Below, one piece after another: positions 47,201 through 60,403 of a DNA stretch of 64,000 nt (positions within the stretch are counted from its first letter, which is position 1; each line of letters begins with the position of its first letter). Location: assembly GCF_039654945.1 (NCBI RefSeq), contig NW_027361810.1:32364001-32428000 (forward strand), written 5' to 3'. The translations under genes and the position numbers were made by a program. The notes beneath the pieces were generated by a model. The model ran no database searches. It worked only from the letters and a program-made list of their open reading frames with translations, and was not told the origin of the DNA. Source of the DNA: Dendrobates tinctorius (lineage: Eukaryota).

Positions 47201-49413
47201 GTGAGTAAAGATCGGAGATATTCCTCTCTAGGGTGGTTCTATTATTTCTGCGAGGCATACGCCATAGAAGCCTGACATATTGTTCCGGCTGCTGTGTATC
47301 GGTGATCGCTGCCTTCCTATGATCGGACGTCTGTCATTGTCCGGTCTTCGGGTATACATCTATCAGCCACTAGGAGATGATCTAACACTGCGGATTGTGG
47401 ATTTCAGTTATTGGTATTTATTTCCATGAAACTTCCCAAATTATCCCCAGCTTCTCGTTTCAATACATATTGACATATCCCCTCTTTAGGGAGGCTCACC
47501 CCAATATCAGTGGCTGGGAACATAATATGATCACGTTGTATAAGGCACCCTGCACAAAGGTCCGGATTTACGTTTGTGTCATTTTCTGACATTTGTGGGT
47601 TCGTGCTGAGATTTCACATGCTGCACCGATATTATAGAGGCACCATACATCAGCACCACAGACACATGCAGTGCCCACGAGTCTGTAAAACCGTCTCCGA
47701 AACACTCCATGCGCAGCCCTGAAGGCTCCTTGCACTCCACGATATTGTGTGAACAGGCCCTGATAGGTATCGTCTGCATCGTCAATGGTATGTTATTTTA
47801 GCCTTTATCATTGAAAGGTGTAGAAAACATTAAAGAACACCATTCTCTACCCAAAAATATGTACTTTCTACCTGGTTTAAATGCTACTGTTTTCCTGAAT
47901 CCGGCGATGTTTTTCTTTTGTTCCTGCGCCTCTCCGTTCCTGAGATATGGACTTTTGTTCACTCTGTATACAGTAAATCGAGTATGTTTAGACAAATGGG
48001 TGTGGTCACCGAATCTTCTTAGTGGGCGTCTTCTTTGTAACCACACCCACTTGGTAACAAGACTAGATTTATATACAGAAAAGATGAGCCATATCTTGGG
48101 AACTGGGAGGCGCAGAAACAAAAGAAAAGCAGCGCCGGATTCAGGAGAACAGCGGCATTTACACCAGGTAAAAAAATACATTTTTATGGAAAGTGACAGT
48201 CATCTTTTAGTTTAAATTTTATCAAAATGTTACTTTTTTATTAAAAAAGGGGTACCTGCCAAGGGGTCATTTCAACTTAGCAAATTATCACTTGTCCACT
48301 GGATAGCTGATAACTTGAGAGGACCCCTAAAGATCCCTGGAACAGAGCTCTGAAGTGCCCCCATACCCCTCTACTCTGTTCATTGTCTATGGGACTATCA
48401 GAGATATCAGATGCTGGACACTCGTTACCTTCACTCCCAGTGTTGGCTTCAGGTTGACTAGTGTCTGCGCAAATCAGTAAAACACAAAGCCAAGGTGTAG
48501 TATCTAGAGTCCAGATACAGGGACGTCGGCCGTGCTGGCTGAGGATAACTTGCAATATAAAGGAAGGATTCTGTCCAGCACTAATACAAGGTAGTGTTAA
48601 ACTTAATTTGGAAATTTTCTTTAAAAGGTGTTGACCATTACTGGACCACCCCTGCTTAATCAATTCAGTGCCCCCCCCCCAAAAGAAAAGAAAAAATGGA
48701 TACTCACCTGCTGCAGCGCATAGTTGGCACTGCTGTTCTCGGCAGGTCGAAGTAACATTGTATTGTGTGACCGCTATAGCCAAGTAGCAGCAGCTCTGCA
48801 GATGGTCAGCGGACATTGATCGGCTGCAGCCATCACGTAATACAACAATGTCACGTCACCCACAGGGAACAGCAGTGCTGACATCGCTGGAACGGTGACA
48901 CTTTGGGACGCGATTATCCTTATTTATTTTCTATGGGGCGCCTGATTGATTAAGCAGGGGTGGTCCCAGGGGTGGAACCCTTTCATAATCCACTTACTAT
49001 ACAAAAGCAAAGCGTACTAACGCATTTCAAACACAATTTTATCCTCAAAATGTGAGAGCCTCTTCTAATTTACTGCTTCAATGTATCAAGTGGATCTTAA
49101 AGACCTTTTCCATATGAACATTTTGATAACATTGATATACAAAGTTGTACCCCCCTACCCCACCCCCGCGCACACACACAGCCACCCTACCATTTTTCAT
49201 AATGTGCCCAGATAACACAATGGTAACCGTACTGTGCTGCCTATTCTATAGACTTCTTCATAGAGGGGACATCTGCAGATTGTAGGTACCCAGACTGTGA
49301 AGACCAGTGGCGTCCCATCAGCAATGACAGTTGATGACTCAAACGTTATACAACGATCCTGAACCTTATTCACACTTGCCTCTGTGCCTTTGTCTATTTT
49401 TATTTTTCACTAG

Positions 49414-49478
49414 ATGAGAAATGCGAACACAGTGGAAAATCCTTCTGCGGCAGCTGCAGCACTCAGTGACAATGCCAG
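49414..49478 (+). CDS. TANK: TANK coding exon 5 (MRNANTVENPSAAAAALSDNA-R)
   Basis: Strong acceptor ttttatttttcactag, donor CAG|GTACAG. Phase 0 to 2, as required to join the next exon. Confidence 0.75.
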
Positions 49479-49664
49479 GTACAGTATTATTGTCTGCTGC
49501 TATATATACACTGTCAAACGGTATACGTACATAAGTCACATGTCCAATACTGTACTATCTAATATGTAGGCATCTAGAGCATATATGTGAAACATTGGCC
49601 CATGGGCCAAATCTGGCCTGCAGGGTGGTTTTATTTAGCCAGCAACATCAGAACCACCACCCTT

Positions 49665-50545
49665 GTGTGGGTCCATTATTCTGTACGGAGGACTATGTAG
49701 GACCCATTATTCTGTACGGAGGACTATGTGGGACCCATTATTCTGTACGGAGGACTATGTGGGACCCATTATTCTGTATGGAGGACTATGTGAGACCCAT
49801 TATTCTGTACGGAGGACTATGTGGGACCCATTATTCTGTACGGAGGACTATGTGGGACCCATTATTCTGTACGGAGGACTATGTGGGACCCATTATTCTG
49901 TATGGAGGACTATGTGAGACCCATTATTCTGTATGGATGACTATGTGGGGCCTATTATACTATATGGAGGACTATGTGGGGCCCATTATTCTGTACAAAT
50001 GACTATGTGGGGCTCATTATTCTGTATGGAGGAATATGTGGAACACATTATTTTGTACGGATTACTATGTGGAGCCTATTATACTATATGGAGGACTATG
50101 TGGGGCCTATTATTCTGTACGAGGGACTAAGTGGGACCCATTATTCTGTACGAATGACTCTGGGGCCCATTATTCTGTACGAAGGACTAAGTGGGACCCA
50201 TTATTCTGTACGAATGACTGTGGGGCCCATTATTCTGTACAGAGGACTATATGGGGCCCATTATACTTTATGGAGGACTACGTGGGACCCATTATTCTGT
50301 ACGAATGACTCTGGGGCCCATTATTCTGTACGAAGGACTAAGTGGGACCCATTATTCTGTACGAATGACTGTGGGGCCCATTATTCTGTACAGAGGACTA
50401 TATGGGGCCCATTATACTTTATGGAGGACTACGTGGGACCCATTATTCTGTACGAATGACTGTGGGGCCCATTATTCTGTACAGAGGGCTATATGGGGCC
50501 CATTATTCTGTACAGAGGACTATGTAGAGCCCATTATTCTGTATA
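49665..50545. repeat. 30/31-bp minisatellite (ggaggactatgtgggacccattattctgtac)
   Basis: Tandem array with higher-order blocks in its second half. Confidence 0.9.
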
Positions 50546-52103
50546 CTGGTTGGCCCGTGACTTTGTCCAAGTTTTTCATTTTGGCCATCAGCGTGTTTGA
50601 GTTTGACATCCCTAATCTATAGGAGAAAAAAATAAGTCCAGATCCCTATAATTAGATACTTATCAGATGTCATATTAATATTTCCACAATACTATTTGTC
50701 AGACCACCAAAGACCATCACCGTGAACGTTAAAACTGATTTGTCATCAGATTTAACAATACAAACCTCATACATTGTTGAATAGATATCTTAGACCTGAT
50801 GATGCTGGTGTAAATACATATTAAAAAACATATCAAAATGGCTTTATAATCATTTTTTTTCTAAAGTTTACACTCAATCTCTGCCCACCTAGCCTGAATG
50901 ACAGATCTCAAGTGTTCCTCCTCCCTGCTGAGATCTCACACTGCTTAGTACAAGCCACAGTTGTCGGACTGGGTGGGAGGAGCTTGCACATTCTATAATA
51001 AAGTATAATCCTAGACAATCCTTTTAAAGTGTTTGCTTCATGAGACATATTCATGGTAGACAATTTTAGAAGCTACTTGTGAATTTTTCGGATGCATACA
51101 AGGCATCTGAATGTGATTATTCCCATTGATTCTCTATGCAAGACACTGCTGTATTTGCAGCAATCTATAAACGCAGGTCCACTAAGCAAGAACCAATATA
51201 CACATGAAAGACAATACATTACAATGTATATATGTTATAGATCGCTGCACCCTGCTACAGATACTGCATTAAGGTTCATTTTCTCCTGGCAGTGGAGCTC
51301 TCAGTGCAGCAGCAGCAGCACGGTGTCAGAATGCTATTATCCGACAGATTAACCCTATACTTGAAGGTTAATAGTGATATTTTACATGACAGAGTCCCTG
51401 TAAAGGGTGAAAGTTAAGGTTTTTTGCTTATTAACTTCATCAAGATATCAAAGAAAGTTTTTCAACTTTCTAATATTCTGTGTTTCAATTCATTTAATCA
51501 TTTTACGAGAATTCTGTCCTCGTTATACCGAACTGACATGACACCGAGAGATGACCGAACCGATTCGGAGGAAGGACCCTGTCCGACGGCTTTGTCAGGA
51601 TTCCATGCTACCACTGCGCCATTGATTAGCCTCAAAGTTGCGCCTGGTTTGATAAAGTACCCATAGATGCCGGCAAGTCGAGACCGTTCACAGGACTCTA
51701 GTGCAGCGATCACAGAATTCTGACCCAGCTGCCAGACCAGGGTCCTGGGAACCCATTCGATTATCTCTAGTGACAAGTCATTTTTATTCTCTGCCAACAA
51801 GCAGAATTCTTCAAAATTGTTTCAAAAATAAAATAAAAAAGTCCACATTTACACAAGTTTTGGGCGTAAAACTGCACCTAAAAAGTTGCGCATCATGGTG
51901 TGCTCCAACTTTGCACAAGAAAATTTTTTAAATTTTTCACTCCACATGCCAAAGTTTAAAAATGCAGAAAAAAAAGTGGGTATTGTCTTTGAGAAGCGGC
52001 AATGTCCTCGACATTTAAAACAGAAATCTGAAGAAGAAAGTCACAAAACGGTGCAAACTATTTTGCAAATATAAGCCTGTTCATAGCAAACATTTGATTT
52101 ATT

Positions 52104-52584
52104 GCAGTTTCACACGTCCAGATAATTCCGATACTGGAAAAAACAGTACCGGAGCTATCCGTGTCTGTGTGTCCGTGTGCATACATATGCCATCCATGTG
52201 ACATCCGTGTGCTATCCGTATGTCCATGTGTACCATCCGTGTGCTGTCCGTGTGTCCGTGTTCGTGTTTTTGAAAAATTATTTTCAATGTTAACCCTTTG
52301 ACTTTTAAAAACGCACACGGATCAGACACGGACAGCACACGGACAGCATCCGTGTGCGGTACGTGTTTACACGGACCCATTGACTTGTATGGGTCTGTGT
52401 GATCCGTGCTGTTGCACAAAAACGGACATGTCAGCGTGTTTTGCACACGGACACACGGTCCGTGAAAACACGCTGACATCTGCATAGACACATTCATTCG
52501 AATGTGTCTACGTGTGTCAGTGTCTCCGGTACGTGAGAAAACTGTCACTACTCGTACCGGAGACACTGACGTGTGAAACTGCCC
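52104..52584. mobile_element. Harbinger-type MITE
   Basis: GCAGTTTCACACGTC / GACGTGTGAAACTGC inverted termini. Confidence 0.72.
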
Positions 52585-55500
52585 TTAATTGTATTTTAAT
52601 AGTTTACTTTTTAGAAACATCATAATGTGTCAAACGTATTAAGAGGTGTGCACTTTATATCTTTGGCACAATTCACTCCCAACAAACCGTAAAGTGAAAT
52701 GCCAGTCGTAATAAATCTGCCCCAAAATCTAATAGAAAGTCTCATTATAAATTCAGACTCATTACCGTAAAGTCGGAAAACCTGATCCGTTGCTGTCAAC
52801 TACAGTAAAAAAAGAATAATTAAAATAAAACCCAAAAATGGGTATTAGGTGCTGATTTGTTCTTCTTTATTGAATATTCAATTTTTCCCCTAAATAATGT
52901 ATCCGTTTTCCCTTAGACGGAAAAGCTTTAATTAACTGCAGTGACAGAACATCCGCCATCATTAACATTCAGATATTTTTTTTTCCTTTCCAGTTGGGTT
53001 CTTTGTAGCTAGATTGCATATGTTCAGACACATCAGTGCTCTGCAGTTTCCTCTGGCTTTTCTTAGCATATTGTGTCTTCATACTCCTAGAATTAGCGTT
53101 CCGCAGTAATGAGTTTGGCACTAACCAGCCACTGGTAACACTAATTAGTCTGCGCTGGGCTTTGTTACCGTCCATTAATACTTTACTAGTTTTTTAATAG
53201 TTTTTCATTAGCATTCACTAGTATTGGTTGTTAAGTGTAAGTCCTTTGCTTTTGTAAGCATTTATCAACACTTTACTCCATTTTTTTAACAGTTCGTAGC
53301 ATCTGCTGGTTATATTTGCAAGCATTTATTAGCAATCATGTCATCCATAATTAGTTTCCATTAATGTGCGCGCTGTATTCTTACATTCCTATTTATCCAC
53401 TTTAAGAAATATCATTAACACTATTTCCTCTCGCAAGGTTGAGCATTTGATTACTACACATTTTTTTTTTTTTCCCTTTTTTTTAAAGTGAATCTCCACC
53501 TTTTATCACCATGTTGTTTTTAGACTTCAACATTTTGCACCGATTCATTTTTATCATTTGCACTTACAGATTTCGGATTTTTTTTTTCCCCTCCATTACA
53601 AAACTCAAAATTCCCTGTGCAGAGTATCTGACAAAATTCCAGCTGCTTGTAGCCACCACTAGAGGGAGCATAGGAGCTTACGGCATACAGCCCATACACT
53701 GAACTCAGGAATAAAACCGTGTGCGGTGAGCTCCACCTAGTGGTGGCTGCAGGTAGCCAGTGATATATTATAAGATTACTAAGCACAATATAAAGGTTAA
53801 AACTGATATTTTAAACAAGGGTGCTTTCACATTGTGTCTCTGTCAGAGCATACAGCCAAAATACCAAGCCAAATCCCAGGACACATGCGCCTACGGGGCC
53901 AATAGACTGGAATGGTGATACCAGAGAAACCATGAGCTATGCCATGCACTTTTTTCGGGCGTGTACGCCTACAGAAAGCGGACAATCAGATTCAGCCTAC
54001 TATGTCTGAGTCTCTCTTAAAAAAAAAATGCATGGCAGAGCAAACCATTACAGCCTATGGCCCCATTGGTGCATGTGTTTGAACCCCATTTTGCAGGGAA
54101 TTTCAGACATATGCCCCGATGGGGACACAGAACGCAATGTGAAACCACCCTTAGCTATACTGAAGGGAACCTGTCACCAGTTTGATACCTTAACCATGTC
54201 CATCACCTTTTACACCATGTAAATGGGCTTCCTTCCTATAAATTCATAGGTGCCTCTGCATACCGCCAAAAAGTCTTATGCCTTTCTCCTTCATGTAAAT
54301 TGCACGTTCCGTTCCAATGGGAGTCTCCAGATCAGGATCAGTGACGCCCTAGTCCCTTCAAACACCACCTCTTCCATCTTGATAGAAGTAGATGAAGTCT
54401 CTTACATCATCACACAGCGGTTGAAGTCTCGCGCCTGCGCCAGTCTCTGAATCCACTGCGCAGGCACGAGACTTCAACCAGTGTGAGCACACCATACAAT
54501 TTGCTTTCAGCACTGGTCATGAATAAAAGACTTTTTGTAAGGTATTCAAGGGCACTTGTGAGCTTATAAAGGGGTTGACAGAGCCCCTTTTAAATGCTGT
54601 AAAAGGTGATGCGCATAGTTTATAAGGTATAAAACTGGTGACAGGTATCCTGCACTGGGAATGCAGCCATTCTGTTATGGCGAAACTCTTCATTCATCAA
54701 CCCTTTCCCGATGTGTGACTTAATAGTAAGTCCTATGTCAGGTCCTCATGTAAAAAGCGTTCTCAGGAGCTGAGCCCGCACCATATGGCTGTATTACACA
54801 GCCAGCATCTGTCTTTAAGAGCAGCAATCGGAGATTGCGCCAATCACTGCTGTTTAACTCTTGAAGTGCTGTTGTCAGTTACTGGCAGCAACCTTTCAGT
54901 GGCGAGATTGCGGGTTGCCAATGAGTTGTCATAGCAGTCAGGGTTCTGCAGAAGGTGCTCCACGGTCTGCCATCTTAGTCCTCTTGTGAAGTCCAATCCA
55001 TCACAATATACAGCTCCTTGAGGGAATTTTCCCAGAGAAGTTGGTTTGAAGCCAATTAGTTCACCACAAATAGAAAGTAATGGAAAGCCTCTGATTGCGG
55101 CAAGAACCGTATAACACTCTGGTCTCCAAGGGCTACATCCAACCCCTTTAAAGCATTTTTGTGCAAACACAGCCTTAGTAATGCCAAAGAAACCTCCACT
55201 TACCGACAGATACTTTGTGTTGGTATGTGAAAAAATGTTTAAACGTTCAGAGTATGAATTCTTTTTCAAGGTACTGTATATAGCTGTGGGCAAAACGGGT
55301 GGTAATTGTTCTTTACTGCTTTGCTTTCACACAACTGTACAGTTTATTCAGTGTTTAATGCCTTTCTCTCCCTATCTTTATTACTGAGCTGTGACGTTTT
55401 CTCACTATCCAGATTCACCTCTAAATTTCTGCTGCATTCCCTGCCTTGGCTTTTACACAGGCTATGATAATGCTTCCTGATTGGCTGTGCTATACCATGT

Positions 55501-55748
55501 GATGTGATAACTGCCAGGCATTATAGAAAAGACTTCCCGGCTGCACCCGAGGTCATATGATCCTCGTCTGGCCGATGCAATCTAATGCAAGGTGTGAGAT
55601 GGTGGCGAATGAGGCAAACTGCAGATTGTTAACAAGAGTTTAAAAATTCATAAAAATGTAACACAATTATGATTCGCATTGAATTGATTTGCTCATTCCA
55701 CCAAAATTTCACAATTATAGAATTAAGAGATTTTGGAAATATATTACA

Positions 55749-56537
55749 CTAGCTGAAGAGCCCGGCGCTGCCCGAACATAGTAACTAACTGTGGTTAGTT
55801 ATATCAAATTATAATGATTATATATCACTACTTCTTCTGCAGCACCACACTTTTCTCCTTTAGACCTCATTCACACATTATTTGGTCAGTATTTTAACCT
55901 CAGTATTTGTAAGCTAAAACTTGGAGTAAAACAATCAGAGGAAAAGTATAATAGAAACACGTCACCACTTCTGTATTTATCACCCACTACTGGTTTTGGT
56001 TTATAAATACTGATGTGAAATACTGACCAAATACTGAATGTGTGAATGTGGCCTTATACACAGCCTCCCCCTGCAGCGCCTCACTCTTCTCTATACACAG
56101 CCTCATACTGCAGCAGCACCTCACTTCTCTCATTTTCCCATCATGCCTCTCATTTTGCCCCCACATATCTGAATTTCCCCTCAATCCTGGCAACTAAAGG
56201 ACCGGTGATGTCACGACCATGTGACCAGTCCCGTGCTTGAGAAGAGGAGTCAGACGCAAGGCTGTGCTGGTGCTGGAGTAGAAGTGTCAACTTGTGTCAC
56301 ACAGCTGGGTCTTATATTACATCACTGGGGGAAGTACAGTAACTCCGTATACATGGGATCAGAGGGTTCCTGCAGCAGAGCTGTATATGCAATGTATGTG
56401 AGGGCAAGCTGTGTGTCACAACTATTGTCACGTGTCCCTGGAACAGGATCTTTTTCCCTGTGGCTATGTGGAGTGGGCATTGCTCGATACATACACACAC
56501 ACACACACAAACATACACTCTACTTTATATATATAGA
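55749..56537 (-). mobile_element. Short non-autonomous Helitron, third internal type, containing a small MITE (about 55863-56053)
   Basis: Same 3' end (ctagctgaagagcccggcgctgcccg...) and a TCTATATATATAAAG-type 5' end followed by a microsatellite. Confidence 0.78.
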
Positions 56538-57123
56538 TTACTTATATTACAGTGTATAGTGTTTATTGTCTGCATTAACCCTTCTGGGGGCTTCAGTGCT
56601 GACATTTCCTAGTAGATCGAACAACAATATGCAGATATTTGAAGTAGAAAGAGAAATGTTTCGTATGCATTGTATATTACCAGCTCAGCTTTTAGGGGTG
56701 TGTCTGCTACCAAGCCCATCAATTATTTCTAATAACAAGCTGAACTGTGAGTGCAGCTCCTGAGCATAATACAGGCTGTAAGTCAGGATGAATACAAGAT
56801 CAGTAAAGCAATGTATATAGAAAGTTTTTCAACTTTCTAGGTAGATTGTATCCATTGGGCATTCCGTTATCTGTTTATCTAAACTGTTATATTTCCAATG
56901 TAATTGCTGATAAAGGGCATCTTTTATTTTCAGTCTTATGTTTATTTTCTCTTCACAGTTTTCTTTTGGTATTTTGTGGGATTTTTTTTTTTTTTTTTGT
57001 AGCATGTAACTCACCGACAGTGACGGGTTATAAGTTAATTCTCCGAGGAGATTTGTAAGTCACAGATCTGTGTATTTCCATCGCTGCCTCTGAATGATTC
57101 TCAATGGAATGTTCTACACGCAG

Positions 57124-57242
57124 GCTAGGTGTTGAACGGATTTTCTCCGATCTAAAGGAAGAATTCAGTCGGATTTGCAAGTTAACGAGGGAACAAAGCA
57201 GCCAACTGAATACATTTTTTATGAAGAAGGAAATGGCATCTG
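57124..57242 (+). CDS. TANK: TANK coding exon 6, TBK1/IKKe-binding domain (LGVERIFSDLKEEFSRICKLTREQSSQL...)
   Basis: Matches the TANK TBD motif F.DLKEEF..IC.L...Q. Acceptor ctacacgcag, phase 2 to 1. Donor after 57242 or 57248. Confidence 0.92.
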
Positions 57243-57477
57243 GTAATGGTATGATGTGTTTTACATTTTACTGGGAATGAAATGCATTATTCCAGCTCCG
57301 GTGATGTAATTTGTAACACTTCCATACATACTGCAGGCATTACAGCCCACAATAGACACATCATCTGCCGGTGCACAAATGTATAGCTTTATGGATGAAG
57401 AGCTTATTGTGGTGCGCAGTAAAGGTCATACAAAATTATCTGTGTGTGTCTGTATATATACTGTGTGTGTGTATATA

Positions 57478-57521
<44 letters not shown>

Positions 57522-57967
57522 GTGTGTGTGTAAGTGTATGTTCTGTGTAGATATATGTATGGTGGGGGGAGTTTATGTGTCTATATGGATATATATTTGC
57601 GCGCACACATGTGAATATATAGTATGTATGTCTATATATATTGTTTTTCTGCATATATATTTAAACATTTGCATATATTCCATTTATGTTTGATGGGCTT
57701 TAAACTATATGTAATGTGTGTATGTATGTATAATATATATATATATACATACACACACACATACACACACACATATAGGCTAGCCTGTAGCATTTATTTC
57801 CTTTTTCTTCCTTTTGCAATATTCTTGCAATATAATGTAGAGATTCATGTAAGTGAGATTACACAAAAGTCTACACTTTCAGTATTTTTTATTATTATTA
57901 GGTACCAAAATCTCCTCCTACTGTATAATAATATTCTAGAAGGCGAACCATAGTTCCCTTGGTCTGC

Positions 57968-58261
57968 ATTATAGTTTTCTATCAGGACACCAGAGTCTGC
58001 TCCTCCTGCCTTATAGTTTTCTATCAGGACACCAGAGTCTGCTCCTCCTGCCTTATAGTTTTCTATCAGGACACCAGAGTCTGCTACTCCTGCCTTATAA
58101 TTTTCTATCAGGACACCAGAGTCTACTCCTCCTGCCTTGTAGTTTTATATCAGGACACCAGAGTCTACTCCTCCTGCCTTGTAGTTTTATATCAGGACAC
58201 CAGAGTCTGCTCCTTCTGCCTTATCGTTTTCTATCAGGACACCAGAGTCTGCTCCTCCTGC
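57968..58261. repeat. 42-bp tandem repeat, about 7 copies
   Basis: Unit ttatagttttctatcaggacaccagagtctgctcctcctgcc, giving the 14-aa period in ORF 57959..58354. Confidence 0.92.
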
Positions 58262-59855
58262 GTTACAGCAGGACACAGTTTTCTGCATTATACTGATCTA
58301 GCAAAAATCCAGAATCTGCTTTTCCAGCAATATAATTACCTGACAGTAAACTGAATTTTGCAGCTCATGCATTGTACGAGCCAGAAACCGGCCACCAAAC
58401 TGCGCTTCTCCTACACACGTGGTTTACCGAGTATTTGTGTCATATTATCTAGTCTCAGACAGTTCGTCATTCTTCTCTTGTTTCCTATTAGATCATCTGA
58501 AAAATGTAGAGATGGGATTAGGGTTTGCCTTTAGCGAACCCCACCCTTCCATTGAGAAGTTGATTTGATTAAAAGGGGGCTTCAAATTTTGTAAAATGGA
58601 TTAATTTAAAGGGGCTGTATCACCAGGTACATGTACGAGGCCCTTAAAGACAAAGCGTTGAACCATTTCCCCCTGTGTTAATCGTAGCTGCAGTATTTGT
58701 TAATGAGGGCCTCAGTGCATTAGTGGATACCCTTAACATGTCACCAGATTATCAGTGTCCAGTTTTTGCTGCTATGTTATTCCCTTTGCACCACTGATTA
58801 ATCCGTTTTTGTTCTTTTCAAATCCACCATACAGGTCAAGAGATATGGACCTTTTTATTTAGTGCAAATTTTTATGGTCATTTCCACAGGTGCATGGCGC
58901 ACGTGAATTTCTGTGGGGGTGTCTTTAAGTTGCTCTGCATTATTACCCTGTGAGCCACGTCCCCATCTTTGGAATTGGGAATTTTAAAAAAAAAATATAT
59001 ATATATATATAAATGTGGAATATTCAGGGGATCAATGGGAATAAAATAAAAGCAACATTTGACCATTTTTGACCTGGTAACAGGTCCTCTTTAACCAAGT
59101 AGAACTGTCAAGGGGGATCGCAAACAAATGTCATCACAAAATGAAAAAGGGGCAGTTGAAGCACCCATTGCTGTACCCCTGGCACTGAATTAAAACGTTA
59201 TATTACGTACAGTAAACAATAATATTACTCTAAGAAGAGGTATATGAATCGTTTGCCTACAAGTTGCATGTGGGTTTAAGGCCTTTCTGCCTCATTGTAG
59301 ACATATATGCCAGCTGTGATCATTAATGGTAAGGATCAGGAAAGCTTTGGGCACATACAGTATATTACATATACTGACCCCCATTCACAGCACTTTTAAC
59401 TACCAGACTGGGATATTGCATACAATGACAACAAATCTTGCTTTTCCCATGTTATGCTTTTTTTGCCATGGGAAAGTGACGATGCCACTGTATGGCCTCC
59501 ATTTCTGGTTTCCATAAATGTGTACATTGACAGCTTTCCTATTTTATACACATAAATGGTGTCCAAAAATATGGTTTTAAAAAAGGCTAATAAATACAAG
59601 GGTGAAAGATACTAAAAGAATAAAGAAGGGTAGAGAGTGGAGGGTAACCAGAGGTTTTTAGACCATAAATTGAAAAGGGATGACGATAGAGAGTTGCTAC
59701 AACTCCTGTCGTTACGAAGATCAGCTCTGGGGCACAAACTGCTTTAATTCCTAGTCAAATATTACAGGAATGCTCAAAAGCACATGTACCATTTGTAATA
59801 TTGGGTTGGAGATGCACTTTAAATATTTATATCCCTTGCCTACATTATCTTTTAG

Positions 59856-60403
59856 GTGCTCAGCTGCAGTTTTCCATGCCGGTTCAGTGCACTGAGGAAG
59901 AGAACGAGGAAGCCCAAAGTCTACATAAACTAAAGAATAAAACCATGAGATTCCGATTTCCACCAATTACTCCTCGTGGTCTGGGATCAGATGATGAACT
60001 GATCGTCTCTGTGGAGTCTTTGTCCAACCTGAGCATTAAGTTTCCTCCGAGTTCTGACGAATCTGATTTTTTGGAGAGCTCTCCTGGAAAACCACCGATT
60101 TTTCCTCCAACTCCAGAGCAGAAATCGAATCCCAACAAGCAACTTTCTGACGCCACGCTAAAGAATTTGAACACTGCACGATCCAGTCCACCATATTCTC
60201 CTCGATCACCAAAGACTGCCTGCCATCAAGGACTCCATGCCAATTATAGGGGAAGTGTTTTACCAACAGATGAGGACAGTGGCCTCATTTTGGCAGCCAA
60301 AAGCTCAAGTGATGATTGCAAAAACACTTTCCATATTCCAGATACTCCAGATGTGGATAAATCTACAGAGATCACTGAGATGACGGTCCGGGGACCTCAG
60401 CAG
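59856..60403 (+). CDS. TANK: TANK coding exon 7 with TRAF-binding PxQxT motif (PVQCT), ending VRGPQQ
   Basis: ORF 59801..60454 contains SMPVQCTE, ITPRGL, ESLSNLSIKFPP and RGPQQ, all TANK hallmarks. Acceptor ttatcttttag, donor CAG|GTAACA, phase 1 to 0. Confidence 0.95.
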
